Positions 37,501 through 48,469 of a DNA stretch of 64,000 nucleotides are shown piece by piece. The first letter of the stretch is position 1. Every line of letters starts with the position of its first letter. Source of the stretch: Oopsacas minuta (taxonomy: Eukaryota; Animalia; Porifera). The notes under the pieces are model-generated. The model did no database searches. It was not told the DNA's origin and saw only the letters and a program-made list of their open reading frames with translations. The position numbers and the translations under genes are program-made. The stretch spans positions 124,001 through 188,000 of the forward strand of contig JAKMXF010000334.1 of assembly GCA_024704765.1 (NCBI GenBank), in the 5' to 3' direction.

Positions 37501-40234
37501 TACCAGATTATTCGCAAGAGAATTACGTCACAAAGCAATGAAACACAAATAGATCATGGTATAACAACTTCAGTGTAACCACGTCAATATAAACACCAAC
37601 AGATGGTCAAAATTTCGTTGCATTATCCAGAGTTCGTATTAACCTGAGGCTAAGTAGTGCAAATTGAATAACCAGTAAAAGGACGATTTTATGTAAATAT
37701 TTGTTCGTTTCAACCGGAAATTCTTATTAACCTGTCGTGTTCGTATTAACGAGGATCCACTTTATAATAATACTGTATTATCAAAAGGAGGAACACTTCA
37801 CTTGAGACGTTAGAACATGACTACTACGATTTGACAGAGGGAGTTGAACAGAAAATATCTGCTACCGAATCAGTTAACAGTTTTCCTCCTGACCTATCCT
37901 CTGGACCTCAACCCTACCTCTCTCCTATCCAGAATGCACACCCACCTCCCCCTGTACCCACTAGGATCGATTCATCACCTCACCTATCCGTAAGCGAGCT
38001 CTCTCGTACCAAAACAACTCCAACTAAGTTGAAATTACCTAACACGGAATCAGAATCAGAAGATCAACAAAAATGTAAAACTCTATCACCTGCAGACACA
38101 AGCCAGAAATGCACACCAAATTCTGATAAAAATTCAAGATTTTTCCTTATGGAATCTCTCATCTATCAATCTTCTAAGTATAGAAGAGAATCAGAATCTG
38201 TAGAGAAGAGCGGACAACTTGGGCTGTTTAGTAAATTTTCCACTCTCTCTGGAAGTAATGATAATACTAAGCAGAAGAATTATAGTTTTGTTTCTTATAT
38301 TTCAGAAGGAAATAAAGTAGATGTTCCTCCTACTAAGACTAAACTGGAGAGAATGAGTTCTGGCGGATCGAGGAAAAACCTTTCTCAAGGTTGGTGCAGT
38401 TATAGAATTACGGTAGAACTCGGTTAATAGTGAGATGAAATCCAATATATTTCCCTAATTTCGGGTCGGTTCGGGTTCTGAATCGATCTCATTTATTTAC
38501 CATTCATTTGAATACAATCCCTATTCGTATAAGACGTATACTCGGATAGTACGTACTAATTTTTACTTCCCGAAGAGGGATGTCTTATCAGAGTTCTACT
38601 TTAATTAATTGAGATGTCCGCTACTAATTCGTGACTTGAGTTTTATATATTTCGATCGACATATCTGGAGTACAGCTTGCGTTAGTATTCTAACCAATTA
38701 CTTTGATTATTTTTGGTAATTTCTAGGATCAGTTAAATATCCCAAATGTGTGAAACTCTGAATAATCACCGAATATGTGTGATATTCGAAATACCAGCTG
38801 TAAGTGCAAATTTGCAGCCCAACATTTACACATTTTCAATGTTCATGTTTGATTAATGGGATTATTAAATTTTGTAACGTTAATGTACGGATATTGTTCA
38901 TGACAATTGGGCATCTCCCTAAAGGAGATACTTCTATTAAATCACTAAATTATACTTGAAAGACTAATGGAGGATTTATTTAACATAATTATAGAAGAGA
39001 AGGCTGCATGGTCAACACTTGGGAAACAGAATGGATTCTTCGGATCTTTATCCAAGGAGAGAGCTGAAGAATTGCTAAAACAGGTTTGTAGATATGAGAT
39101 TATTTCATCGTGTGAGGGAATACTCGCAGAAACAACAAATTCTTTTGTTCTTAGTGTTGAATGAAGAAATCTTTGTTCATTTAATTATATCTCAACAAAA
39201 CAAGCGATCTTTACATAAAGAACGAAAGTCAAAAATACCTTTTTGTAATTCTATTGATAATCTATTAATCAGTAACTTATTAGATTATGTCTAAACACTG
39301 TTCTTTTGAGAAGATTGACAATACTATACGTGTATGCATGTACGTATTTATATATTTGATTGTTTGTAGAATGCAGTTGATGGAGAGTATCTTATCCGAG
39401 CTAGTTCAACAAAAGAAGATTCATTTGTATTATGTGTTTATCATGGGACAAAGTATGTTATTCTATTCTATTATCTATTCAGAGTGTATTTGCATTTTCA
39501 TCTTTGCCGCCTTAAATCTGGGTATGCAGTTAGAGAAAACAGTAGAACCTCTATAAGTGAGGGAGGTCGGGACAGCGAATCTCCTGATAACCTCCCATTC
39601 CCCATTTATACTTTCTAATGTAAAGTCTTGAGCTTTTTGAGTCAAAATGCATAGCCACTTCCTCTAACGACTGTTTTTCAAAGATATTTGATTATTATAA
39701 TGTGCCTTGAGGTTGTTGTGGGTGAATATGCTAAGTGTGTTTATTCCATTAATTCATTATGCGTTTAGCACTTGGTTTACCTAGTTTCCGCGAAAACTTA
39801 TTTTTTAATCTCTTTGAGATAATTACACATTCAAGTTATTCTGTAAGTATTCGGTTAATTCAGTAGCTCTCGTTATAACTAAGCGCTCAGGACAGCAGTT
39901 TCATTCCATTATAAGCGGTATTTCGTTGTGTTCTAAGTAAAATCAATTACTTTCAAGCTGTAGTGGGTAAAGAATAACTTCGTTATAACTGGAGTTTACT
40001 GTATTGTGATTCTGCAATAAAGTTGCTTAATCCTAAAATATAACGTTTTGTAGTGTCCATCGGTATCTTATACAATTCAAAGACGGTAAATTCGTAACAG
40101 GAGAACCTCCTCTCAGCTTCACAGATTTCTCATCTGTTGTCAGTCACTATAAACTCAATGCATTAGAGGTTACAATAGGCAAAGAAGATATTTTACTAAA
40201 ACAACCTTTATTAATGAAACGACAACAAAAATGA
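25518..40234 (+). CDS. Multi-exon PX-SH3-SH3-SH2 adaptor/scaffold. Supported exons: 25518-25619, 25917-25997, 26337-26400, from 27042 (end uncertain), 29053-29125, 29377-29423, 33013-33111, 33410-33802, 34193-34413, 35430-35580, 36107-36284, 36614-36674, 37814-38389, 38995-39083, 39370-39452, 40054-40234; further small exons are likely near 35830-35970 and 37300-37600
   Basis: PX: VYILKSVWSGEPTKLILRSYYQLWHYQ-CLLEKHIKK...LPPLP-DKMLF...PLLHHFI. SH3-1: WFKVVGNFSSDDIELLNVYEGDLVQ...GWCFCKREQELGKLPHAIL. SH3-2: IYQCIEPHRSAQQTQLIVDQGDLVKVIQKNKNGWWDV...IPATKL. SH2: GFFGSLSKERAEELLKQ-NAVDGEYLIRASS...FVLCVY...VHRYLI...VVSHY. Most junctions are phase-compatible; the exact model is partly uncertain. Confidence 0.72.
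26594..26646. repeat. Dispersed ~53-bp repeat containing TGACGTCA, with an inverted copy at 40827-40880
   Basis: TTAACCGATAACTGCTGGGAAAATGTGTGATTTTATGACGTCAAAAGGTGCTA matches the reverse complement of 40827-40880 with a few differences; probably a transposon end. Confidence 0.75.
27400..27563. mobile_element. MITE, CAGT(A/T)GAGTCTC-TIR family
   Basis: TA|CAGTTGAGTCTCTTTAATACG...CGTATTAACGAGACTCTACTG|TA. Confidence 0.8.
27830..28103. mobile_element. MITE of the same family, with a GC-rich internal segment
   Basis: TA|CAGTAGAGTCTCATTAATAC...GTATTAACGAGAGTCTACTG|TA. Confidence 0.8.
31321..32556 (+). CDS. Coiled-coil + NHL-repeat (TRIM2/3-like C-terminus, no RING/B-box) protein, intronless, 411 aa from the first ATG
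   Basis: N-terminal coiled coil (FDQLLLAVTKRRDLLLDKL); NHL blades FHNPRSV...LYIVDAGNARIKI, LLSPWGI, FNDPRGI...DIYVA, LYHPHDVKF, VNTPKGLAL. The ORF track starts at an upstream TTG. Confidence 0.88.
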   Translation: MADSESFDSASNASLSSEEEIDRIFSSVQWEISNTFDQLLLAVTKRRDLLLDKLNNIRTNYERKTKLLNDDIQGLTSMKDSILGTNHRDSLKLSSLARKNCLEEVESGMRESSSPLASPVPEFNCEFDSLLAKIAELGSLADCRGMYDGKNRPYRAIGKQGHGKNEFHNPRSVFLDEKRNELYIVDAGNARIKILNIPYFEFKHEFGKKYLLSPWGITIWEDFIFVTDESLNQLLKFSLSRFKLVSCLGCNDDEFFNDPRGICTGNNGDIYVAYLTTNRVAVFTPELEFKQYIGETQLYHPHDVKFSTQILFVLDESPYCIHLYNTNGHELYRVVKRGVNSDVLHAIFFYLDSFNNIFISDVHVNSIKVFSKSGLLIHDIKEAVNTPKGLALTSKNQLISCSGSYHRIEIY

Positions 40235-41076
40235 GGTCTAATTTTCTATGTTTTATTCTCATAAACAGGTATTATACATATTTTATGTGTAAAGAATTGT
40301 GTATTTCAATATTTTTAATAGAACAATGCATGAAAACTGTACAATTTGGAATTATTATTTGGAGAAAAGATTATTAATTCTTTCATTCTATTTGTATTAT
40401 ATGTTTGATGTCTGATGTTAGTTTCGATTATTTTCCGATCCTAAATTTGATTTTTATTGCATTTTGAGTTACGAATTATTCGTTTTTCTTATATGTACAA
40501 TATTTTTCAATTGTCTAGTTTTTGGAATTTGCCCATATTTGCCCGTTTTATGTGTCATTCCTATTAACATCCTTAATACAAATGCATTGCCTATATTAAA
40601 ATGAAGATGGTAATATCAGAATTTCAATTTATTAATCTAGGTTACTTTGGAGGATATACGTCAGGTATAATCGATCAGATACCGACATTTCGTTCCAGTT
40701 TTCCAGACATTGTATGTTTGAATCAGGTCATTTAACCGATTACGGCTGAAGTGTTACGTTCATAGTGAAAAGGAACATAAATTTTACAATTCGTTTTAAC
40801 CAATTTCCTCACCAAAAACTAGATTGTAGCACCTTTTTGACGTCATAAAATCACACATTTTCCCGGCAGTATTCGGTTAAGACCCTCCTTTAGTTCTTGA
40901 GGTGAGGATTCACCATGGATTAACGGAATGCCCTTGAACGATCAAAGAATTGTTGGTTTTGCAACAAACAATCAAAACTACTAAATAGTGATTGTCTAAA
41001 TTTGCATATCTATTAATTTCCTATTCTAATCTCATATTAGCAGCTATTATATTAAAGGGTATATGATCAAATACAA

Positions 41077-42111
41077 ATGAAGCGAGCAGAAGAAACACAC
41101 TCCCTCGTATCATCATCTCAGGATTTTACAGATGCTATTATGCCAAAAGAACCTCACACACGAGGTAGTATTAAACCTGTAACCACAATGCATAGCAACA
41201 ATTTAATATACTCAACAGACTTCTGTTCTCCTGATACAGTAGCTGCAGGTGATGCTAAAGGGTTCATAGATCTATTCCAGTTTAATAATTGTGGTAATAC
41301 ATTAAAGCTGTACTCGCTTTCTAACAATACTTACCAGCCTATAACTGCTATCAAATTCCGACCTGGCTCTCTGGAAGATATCAGTAATATTCTACTGAGC
41401 ACATCTTCAAATGGTGACGTCATACATTGGCACGTACCTAGCAAATCAGTGTTGAGTTGTATAAGGGAAGAAAGGCAGGTGTTGAGCTGTGCATACTCAT
41501 CAGATGGTCTATCCTTCGCTACTTGCGGGAGTGATTCTAAGATTATCGTGTATGACGAAGAGAAACTTTGTCCAATAAGTACACTTGATCATTTTGGAAA
41601 ATCAACAGAAATGTCTGGTCACATTTTCCGTGTGTTTTCAGTTAAATATTATCCTGACATGTCTAATCTGTTAGCTACAAGTGGATGGGATGGTTCAATA
41701 CATTTCTGGGATATGAGAGTTTCCCAGCAGTCTGTAATGCATCTAGCAGGACCGTTAGTTTGTGCAGACTCTATAGCATTCAATCCTACAGGCGACAGCA
41801 TTGTTACCGGATCTTTCCGTAAAGAAAATCCCTTACAAGTATGGTCAGTTAGAGACGGTAGCAATTCTTCTAATTTTAACTCATGCGCTATAAACTCACA
41901 ACTGTATGCAGCTACATGGCTAGACAGCAACCTGATCGCTTGTGGAGGCACGAATAAATCCGCGGTTTATCTCGTACGTTATCCAGATGAATATGTGGAG
42001 GGTGAGGCTTTAAATTTCGCAGAAGGTATTTACTGTTTGGGCTCCTCGAGTAAACTCAAGAATTTCTGTGTAGGTAGTGGTTCATCTCTTTACATGTACT
42101 CTTACAAATAA
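41077..42111 (+). CDS. WD40-repeat protein, intronless, 344 aa
   Basis: Repeats such as VLSCAYSSDGLSFATCGSDSKIIVYD, GHIFRVFSVKY...LLATSGWDGSIHFWD and IVTGSFRKENPLQVWS; subfamily not assigned. Confidence 0.9.
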   Translation: MKRAEETHSLVSSSQDFTDAIMPKEPHTRGSIKPVTTMHSNNLIYSTDFCSPDTVAAGDAKGFIDLFQFNNCGNTLKLYSLSNNTYQPITAIKFRPGSLEDISNILLSTSSNGDVIHWHVPSKSVLSCIREERQVLSCAYSSDGLSFATCGSDSKIIVYDEEKLCPISTLDHFGKSTEMSGHIFRVFSVKYYPDMSNLLATSGWDGSIHFWDMRVSQQSVMHLAGPLVCADSIAFNPTGDSIVTGSFRKENPLQVWSVRDGSNSSNFNSCAINSQLYAATWLDSNLIACGGTNKSAVYLVRYPDEYVEGEALNFAEGIYCLGSSSKLKNFCVGSGSSLYMYSYK

Positions 42112-43889
42112 CCATTTGATCGAACTCTTACAGAGAGGAGTAATTCATATATATATCAGATTTATTTGTTGTTGAAATATCTCGTTAGTCGTACTGTATT
42201 TATTTATCTTGTGCTCAACTTAAATTTATATTATATTAAACAGAAATAATCACTTCGTACCCCGCTTTGAGTACAACGACAATTTGCATTCGCTTTAACT
42301 TTTATGAAAATGACTGTTTCATGACACTCTCTACACACGAATGAGAATTTACTCTTATTGTATCACCTGTGATAATGTGTACACTTTATACAATTTCTTA
42401 ATTACTGGTATATGTTTTTTTCTAATCACAACAATTTTTGAACAGCTGTTTACATGTACATTGTATTTGCCTGAATAAGTGCCGGTGACTAGAATACCAT
42501 TCCAAGACTTGTCAATATAAATTGATCGCCACCCTCTAGAAGAATCTTTTGTTGAAATTTTACGCCAAAAATTTTGACGAAAAAATGTCCACTAAATAAT
42601 AATCCCTGGGGAACTTGTCTAGTAATTGTAAAATATCATATTACGTGTATTATTATATACATATTATAGAATTGGGTGTATTTAATATATACCTCTATGA
42701 TTACTTCTATGAACAGACTTTATAGAAGTATGAGCCGAGGTTATATTCTACTCATCCCTGGATTAATGTACTCGTATCTTCACTGTATATTGTATGTACT
42801 GTAAATCTGTGGAGAAATTATTGTTTCTTAGTTCACAAATTTTTATACATTTTCATTCATGAATTAATCAATATTTCAATCTAGATACGTAGTAGCAAAT
42901 ATTCGAAATTAAGCGTCCTGCCCTGTCAGATGTTAGGTTCAAACACAGGTTACTAGAATACAAAATATTACTCTATAGTTCCAATTTCGGAAAATCCTCA
43001 AATGCCAATTGAATACACATGCAATATGTTCTGAAATTATGTAGTAAGTAGCAGTATACATTATCTTATGTAGATGTCGTGGCGCCTTCACGGACACGAA
43101 GTGTTTGCCCAAGCCGCGCAGCACAAGCAACCGAAGCGGCTTGTATAAAACGTAAATAATACAACACAGGAGACTTATTTTGATAGTTGTAGGTAGCCAA
43201 TATTAATAATTATATAACTTAAATTAGATCACAATCACCTCCACCACCTTCACCATCTCCTCTACGTATAGGTTGTTCCGACTATACTATAGTAACGGAT
43301 GGATTATGGCATAGGCCAAATAGGCCATGACCTAGGGGGCCCGTCTATAGGTAAATTTACTGCAAATTGTTCAAAGGAGGCTTTGTTTTGGGAAGATAGA
43401 CTCACGTTCGTGCTGAGCAAAGATTTTAATATTTACAATTAAGTTACGCTTCCTTGTGCTACTCGGTTGCGGTCGCTTTGTGTCCGCAATAGGCGCCCTT
43501 CGGCCCCTAGGTTACTCCTAATCAACCGATAATTTGTCTCGTGACCCTCGACCATTGTGATTCCTACTGTGTCCCTCTAATTCAGCGTTTCTTAACCCTC
43601 CTGGGATATGTCCATATAGCCATACTTAGTTCTGTATAATGACCACACCCAAGTCGATTGTCCATGTCTGGTCATATTTGGACATGTTGGCTAAGTTTGG
43701 GAATTGGACACAAATTCACTGATCAAAATATGATGAAAAACCAAGTTGGTCACATGCCCACAGGTTAGGGTTTCAATCACAGACCTATTTTCTAATCCCG
43801 ACGATATAATAGTGCAGGAAAATAGATAATTTCCAAGTAACAAGTTTCTTACCTTATATTATACTAATTTTGATAGTTAATGTTAACTG

Positions 43890-44810
43890 ATGGCTACAGC
43901 TAATCCTAGCTTCTCAACTGAGATAATTTCCGAGTTAGATTTGAAAAGAGACAGAGAGAATGTTAAAAGTAGAGTTGACTACAAAAGTAAGATACAACCT
44001 CCACTGAGTGTTTGTGTGGGAGGAAGGGGAATGGACCGAGTTTTCGATCCACATGGTGTTACAGTTGATAATAGTACAGGAGATATTTATGTTGCAGAAT
44101 TTAATAATGATTGTATCAAAGTGTTTGATAGTAATTGTAAATACATTTTTCAATTTGGAGGCAAAGTAGGTGAAGGAAAGATATGCTATCCTCGTTGTTT
44201 AGTTATTTATAGAGATATATTATATATTTCTCAGGGACCTTACGTTAGTTCTTTTTGTATTATCAAATATCAACTTGATGGTAGATATATTTGTAGAATA
44301 GGGACAGATGGAGAAGATGAAATGGAATTTACTATCCCTTATGGTTTGACAGTTGATAAATCTAACGGGGATATTTATATTTGTGATACTGGCAATGAGC
44401 GGGTTCAAATACTTACAAATGCTTTAACATTTAAATCTCAGTTTGGAAAAGATTTGCTCTCTAGCCCTCTTGACGTAAAACTGACAGAATATTTCATATT
44501 TGTTATGGATGACTCAAATCCTTGTCTCCATCTCTTTGACTACAATCTTATTCTACAGAAGAGTATTATTTCTAAAGGACCTGGAATGCAAGTTACCGAA
44601 TCGTATTCGTATTCTTTCTTTATTGATAATTCTAGAAATATTCTTATTCCTGATCAGGAATCTAATGCTATTCTTATATTCAATCCTCTCTATGAATTGA
44701 TTCATAAGATTTCTGTGAATAAGAATCCATTTGGAATTACAGCAGATGATGAAGGAAGAATTATTGTAATAGTGTCTTGTACTGACTGGAATTGGCTTCA
44801 GATATTTTGA
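43890..44810 (+). CDS. NHL-repeat beta-propeller protein with short N-terminus, intronless, 306 aa
   Basis: FDPHGVTVDNSTGDIYVAEFNNDCIKVF, FTIPYGLTVDKSNGDIYICDTGNERVQI, LSSPLDVKL, NPFGITADDEGRIIV. Confidence 0.92.
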   Translation: MATANPSFSTEIISELDLKRDRENVKSRVDYKSKIQPPLSVCVGGRGMDRVFDPHGVTVDNSTGDIYVAEFNNDCIKVFDSNCKYIFQFGGKVGEGKICYPRCLVIYRDILYISQGPYVSSFCIIKYQLDGRYICRIGTDGEDEMEFTIPYGLTVDKSNGDIYICDTGNERVQILTNALTFKSQFGKDLLSSPLDVKLTEYFIFVMDDSNPCLHLFDYNLILQKSIISKGPGMQVTESYSYSFFIDNSRNILIPDQESNAILIFNPLYELIHKISVNKNPFGITADDEGRIIVIVSCTDWNWLQIF

Positions 44811-45404
44811 GGATATCTCATTCCACTTTGTCAGAATCTCGTCCTTCTTATTTCTTCTCGTTGTTTCCAAATTCTTTATTCCTGTATTATTCTTTAATAC
44901 TTTTTGAGATATTTTGACATATACTCTACATATGGCAATCATGTGCAAATACGAGAAATTTCAAAATATCTACTCATAGCTTTTGAGTTATAGCCTCAAC
45001 AAACAGAAACACATTTCCTTAGCAACAAGGAATGTGGTCACATTCCATCAATACCAACCACTTTTCGTCTTTGTCATTATATACAACTGTCAAGCATTAT
45101 AAACACTGAAAACATGGTTTAAACACAGCTTGAAAAGTAGCATTTTCTCTCTCTAAAAATAGCCTTTGCGAAACCGCATGATTTAGGCGATTGAATTGCA
45201 TACTTTGACACCATATTCCTATATGTCACTAATACACACTTAACAACAAACAAACAAACAGAATTTGTATATCTTTCCCAATATATTCTTGTATTAGCTA
45301 TAACTCTTCTATAAATGATTTAATACTAATTCTATTGAAACTTGATAGAAATCTAAAAGTTAATATGAACTCAGTTCTTATATAAATTTACTGAATAGAT
45401 TGTT

Positions 45405-46688
45405 ATGTATCAATTAGAACTGAACCAAAATATTATGGCAACACGAGTACCAGCAGAAGTTGAACTAATTGAGGGAAATGAGTGGGAAAGAGAACTAGAA
45501 ATCCTTGTGGAACAGGTCCAACATGAGAAAGATAAAGTACGTGACATCTTCCAACAGCTACACAGTCTGTTAGCTGTCAGAGAGCAGAGTTTGTTAGTAG
45601 AATTAGATGATGTTGTTGTACGAGCTAGGTTAGAGGTTAAGGAAAAGATAGATGTCATACAGGAGTTACAAAAAGCCAAAGAAGCGTTAGATAAAGAGTT
45701 AACTAAGAATAAACTCAGAGAAGTATTACAGAAGAACTTGAGTACACTAGATGAGAAAATCAGGGAAGAGAAAGGAAGAGGTGTTAATGTGAGGTGGGTA
45801 GATTTGGAATGGAAGAGGGAACAGCTGGAACAATCGATCATTGAGGTGTGTAAGGTTGTTACATTCAAGGAGAAACCATTCAGAACTGAGGACTATTCCA
45901 GAAAGCTACGTCCCGTATGGTCCCGTGAAGGGACAGGTCCTAGTCGGATCGAGTGGCCAGATCAAATAGCAATCGATCCAATCTCTGAGAATATATACAT
46001 TGTTGATAGTAAGGCTCACAACATTAAGATATTCAACAAAGAAGGAAAATATCTCTACAACATATCAACACCTAAAAATCCTAGCGGCATTGCTCTAACT
46101 AATGAATTTATTTATGTATCAGCCGGTAAAACAATAGTTAAGATAGGAAGATCTAACAACAAAACAACCAAATCAGTGAAGCTAGAGAATTCTGTCTTTG
46201 GAATGGATATATACACAAACAATACGCTATATGTATGTGAACAATACAACCTATCAATACTCTTGCTTGATATGGAACTAAAAGTACAAAATCGAATAAT
46301 TCTCAATACTCCTCACGTTACTGATCGTAAAAGCATTACTTCTATAAAACTATACCAAGATAACATGTATGTAAAGTTCAATAACTCTCTCTTCCATCTA
46401 CAAATATTCCGTCTAGACGGAGAGCTAGTCAGGTGTATTATTGAGGAAACAGAGATTTTGTTTTGCAATTTCTTCACGATAGATCAATTCGGGAATATTA
46501 TCACTCCTAATTACTTTAGAAATGAAATAAAAATATTCTCTAATTCAGGAAAGCTAATCCATACAATCTCTAACAGTAACCTAGCAGAAGATGAAATGTT
46601 TGATTGTCCTATAGAAGTGGCTATTGGCAAGAATAACAGAATTATTATTGCTCAACATAGCGAGAAATATAACCTCATAGCATTCTGA
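45405..46688 (+). CDS. Coiled-coil + NHL-repeat protein, 427 aa (copy A of inverted pair)
   Basis: Coiled coil to about aa 150, then IEWPDQIAIDPISENIYIVD, NPSGIAL and CPIEVAIGKNNRIIIA; near-identical to 48470-49753. Confidence 0.9.
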   Translation: MYQLELNQNIMATRVPAEVELIEGNEWERELEILVEQVQHEKDKVRDIFQQLHSLLAVREQSLLVELDDVVVRARLEVKEKIDVIQELQKAKEALDKELTKNKLREVLQKNLSTLDEKIREEKGRGVNVRWVDLEWKREQLEQSIIEVCKVVTFKEKPFRTEDYSRKLRPVWSREGTGPSRIEWPDQIAIDPISENIYIVDSKAHNIKIFNKEGKYLYNISTPKNPSGIALTNEFIYVSAGKTIVKIGRSNNKTTKSVKLENSVFGMDIYTNNTLYVCEQYNLSILLLDMELKVQNRIILNTPHVTDRKSITSIKLYQDNMYVKFNNSLFHLQIFRLDGELVRCIIEETEILFCNFFTIDQFGNIITPNYFRNEIKIFSNSGKLIHTISNSNLAEDEMFDCPIEVAIGKNNRIIIAQHSEKYNLIAF

Positions 46689-48287
46689 ATTCTTGTATTT
46701 CATTCAACTTTCGTTTTCATTATTCTTTCTTAGTTATTAAACATAATGTAGACTATTATCAATACATAACAGAGTACCTGTATATCTATACTGTACTCAT
46801 AGGGGGCAGCATCGGTTCATAGGGCAAGGAGCCTAGCCTTTTAATCTTAGTATAATATGGAACTAGAATTGATCTACAAGAATTAAACCTAAAAATAGAA
46901 TCATTTGATGATAGTATTGCTTAGAGTTTTAGCTCTACAAATCCTCTACCCGATAGCATATTTACAGAGATCAGGTATGTCATCATCTGGAAGTTTGGAT
47001 GCCCCTTCACCTTACCTGTTCCTTTGGCCTTTCTTGTCCCCTCCCTTGGTTCTTTGAGAGCCATTTTTTCAATAATCTTCTGAGACAATTGTATGGATTT
47101 CTCTGGAAGATACTCTGATTCTGATTGAGTAGCTTCACATGTGAATGCAATCAGTTTGGTCGGGGAATCATCTGGAAGTGGCACACATAATTCTCCGTGC
47201 TATAATTGTCACTCAATCAGCTGATTGGCCAATTGAAAAATCGCTTCTATCAACTGGTTTTCATTGTGAAATTTCTTGTACGTCTAGCAATCTCGAGTTC
47301 TGATTGGATATTCGCCAGCTGGGATTCTATCAAGGATAATCTAGCCAAGTTTAATTGAGTGAGATTTGTGATACGTGTAATTAAGGGCATTCCTTACGCA
47401 ATACTTAGTTGCTATGGAGAATATTCTCACAATAATAAATCATAAACAAACAAACAGCTATCAATAACATAAAGTCATATTCTGATTGGGCATTTTAACC
47501 AGATAATGATGTGAAAATATATAAAATACACACACAAAGCAAATAATACACAAATCTTAATTACGATTTTCTAGACCGTATACGAACTGACTTTCCTGTT
47601 GCATTGACTCAATGAATTCATCAACAGTTCTAACTATGTGTTTAGGTAGTTTTGTTCTAAAATTTATATTATTATCAATTATAACGTGAAAGTGTCAAAA
47701 ATGTGTGGTAGTTGTCCATATTGTTACCTTACTGAACCATCAATCTGGTGTGTCAAACATTATTCACGTTTTCTTAGATATTTTCTATTTTGAGTTATAC
47801 AATAATGCCGATTTTCACACATATACATATAGCTCTCTCGCATGTATTCAATTTACCAACTTTTTGTAGATAAAAGATGATAAATTCTTGATACAACCCA
47901 CAAGTTTGAATCCTGACAGTAAAACAGGGCAGACTGAACTTAACTATCATTGGAGGACAGTTGCAACTGAACTTATTTTGAAAAACAGGCTAAAATGTAG
48001 AATTTCTGATTCTGTAAACAATTTGTTTACACAGGAAGAGAGTAAACAAATAAACAAACACACAACAGATTGATAGCCACAGACAAAATCAAGATATTCT
48101 AGGCATTGTTCATTCAGTTGTCAATCTCTTGATTGAGGTAGAACATATGGATGGAATATTAAAGAAAATATATACTCTTGTCATTGGCTTAGCATTTATT
48201 AATTTGGTGTTAATTGTTGTACTTTTACGCGCCTAAATTCCTACATTATTCACACATTGAATTATCTGTTATATTTGAATTTAAAGG

Positions 48288-48288
48288 C

Positions 48289-48330
<42 letters not shown>

Positions 48331-48331
48331 C
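48288..48331. repeat. (CAA)n microsatellite
   Basis: Direct sequence. Confidence 0.95.
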
Positions 48332-48469
48332 GATTATTCATATTGTTTACGAATATTTGTATTTTTTGGGTATATTATGTGTGTATATCGTAAATTATAG
48401 ATTTCACATCCGTCTCATGGAACCAAATTGTGTGACTAATAACTAACAAGGAAAATGAAATACAAGAAT

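Noticed and set aside
46921-47184. 87-aa minus-strand ORF in the NHL palindrome spacer
   Set aside because: Starts at a GTG, no recognisable domain or splice context; may be a transposon remnant but cannot be supported.
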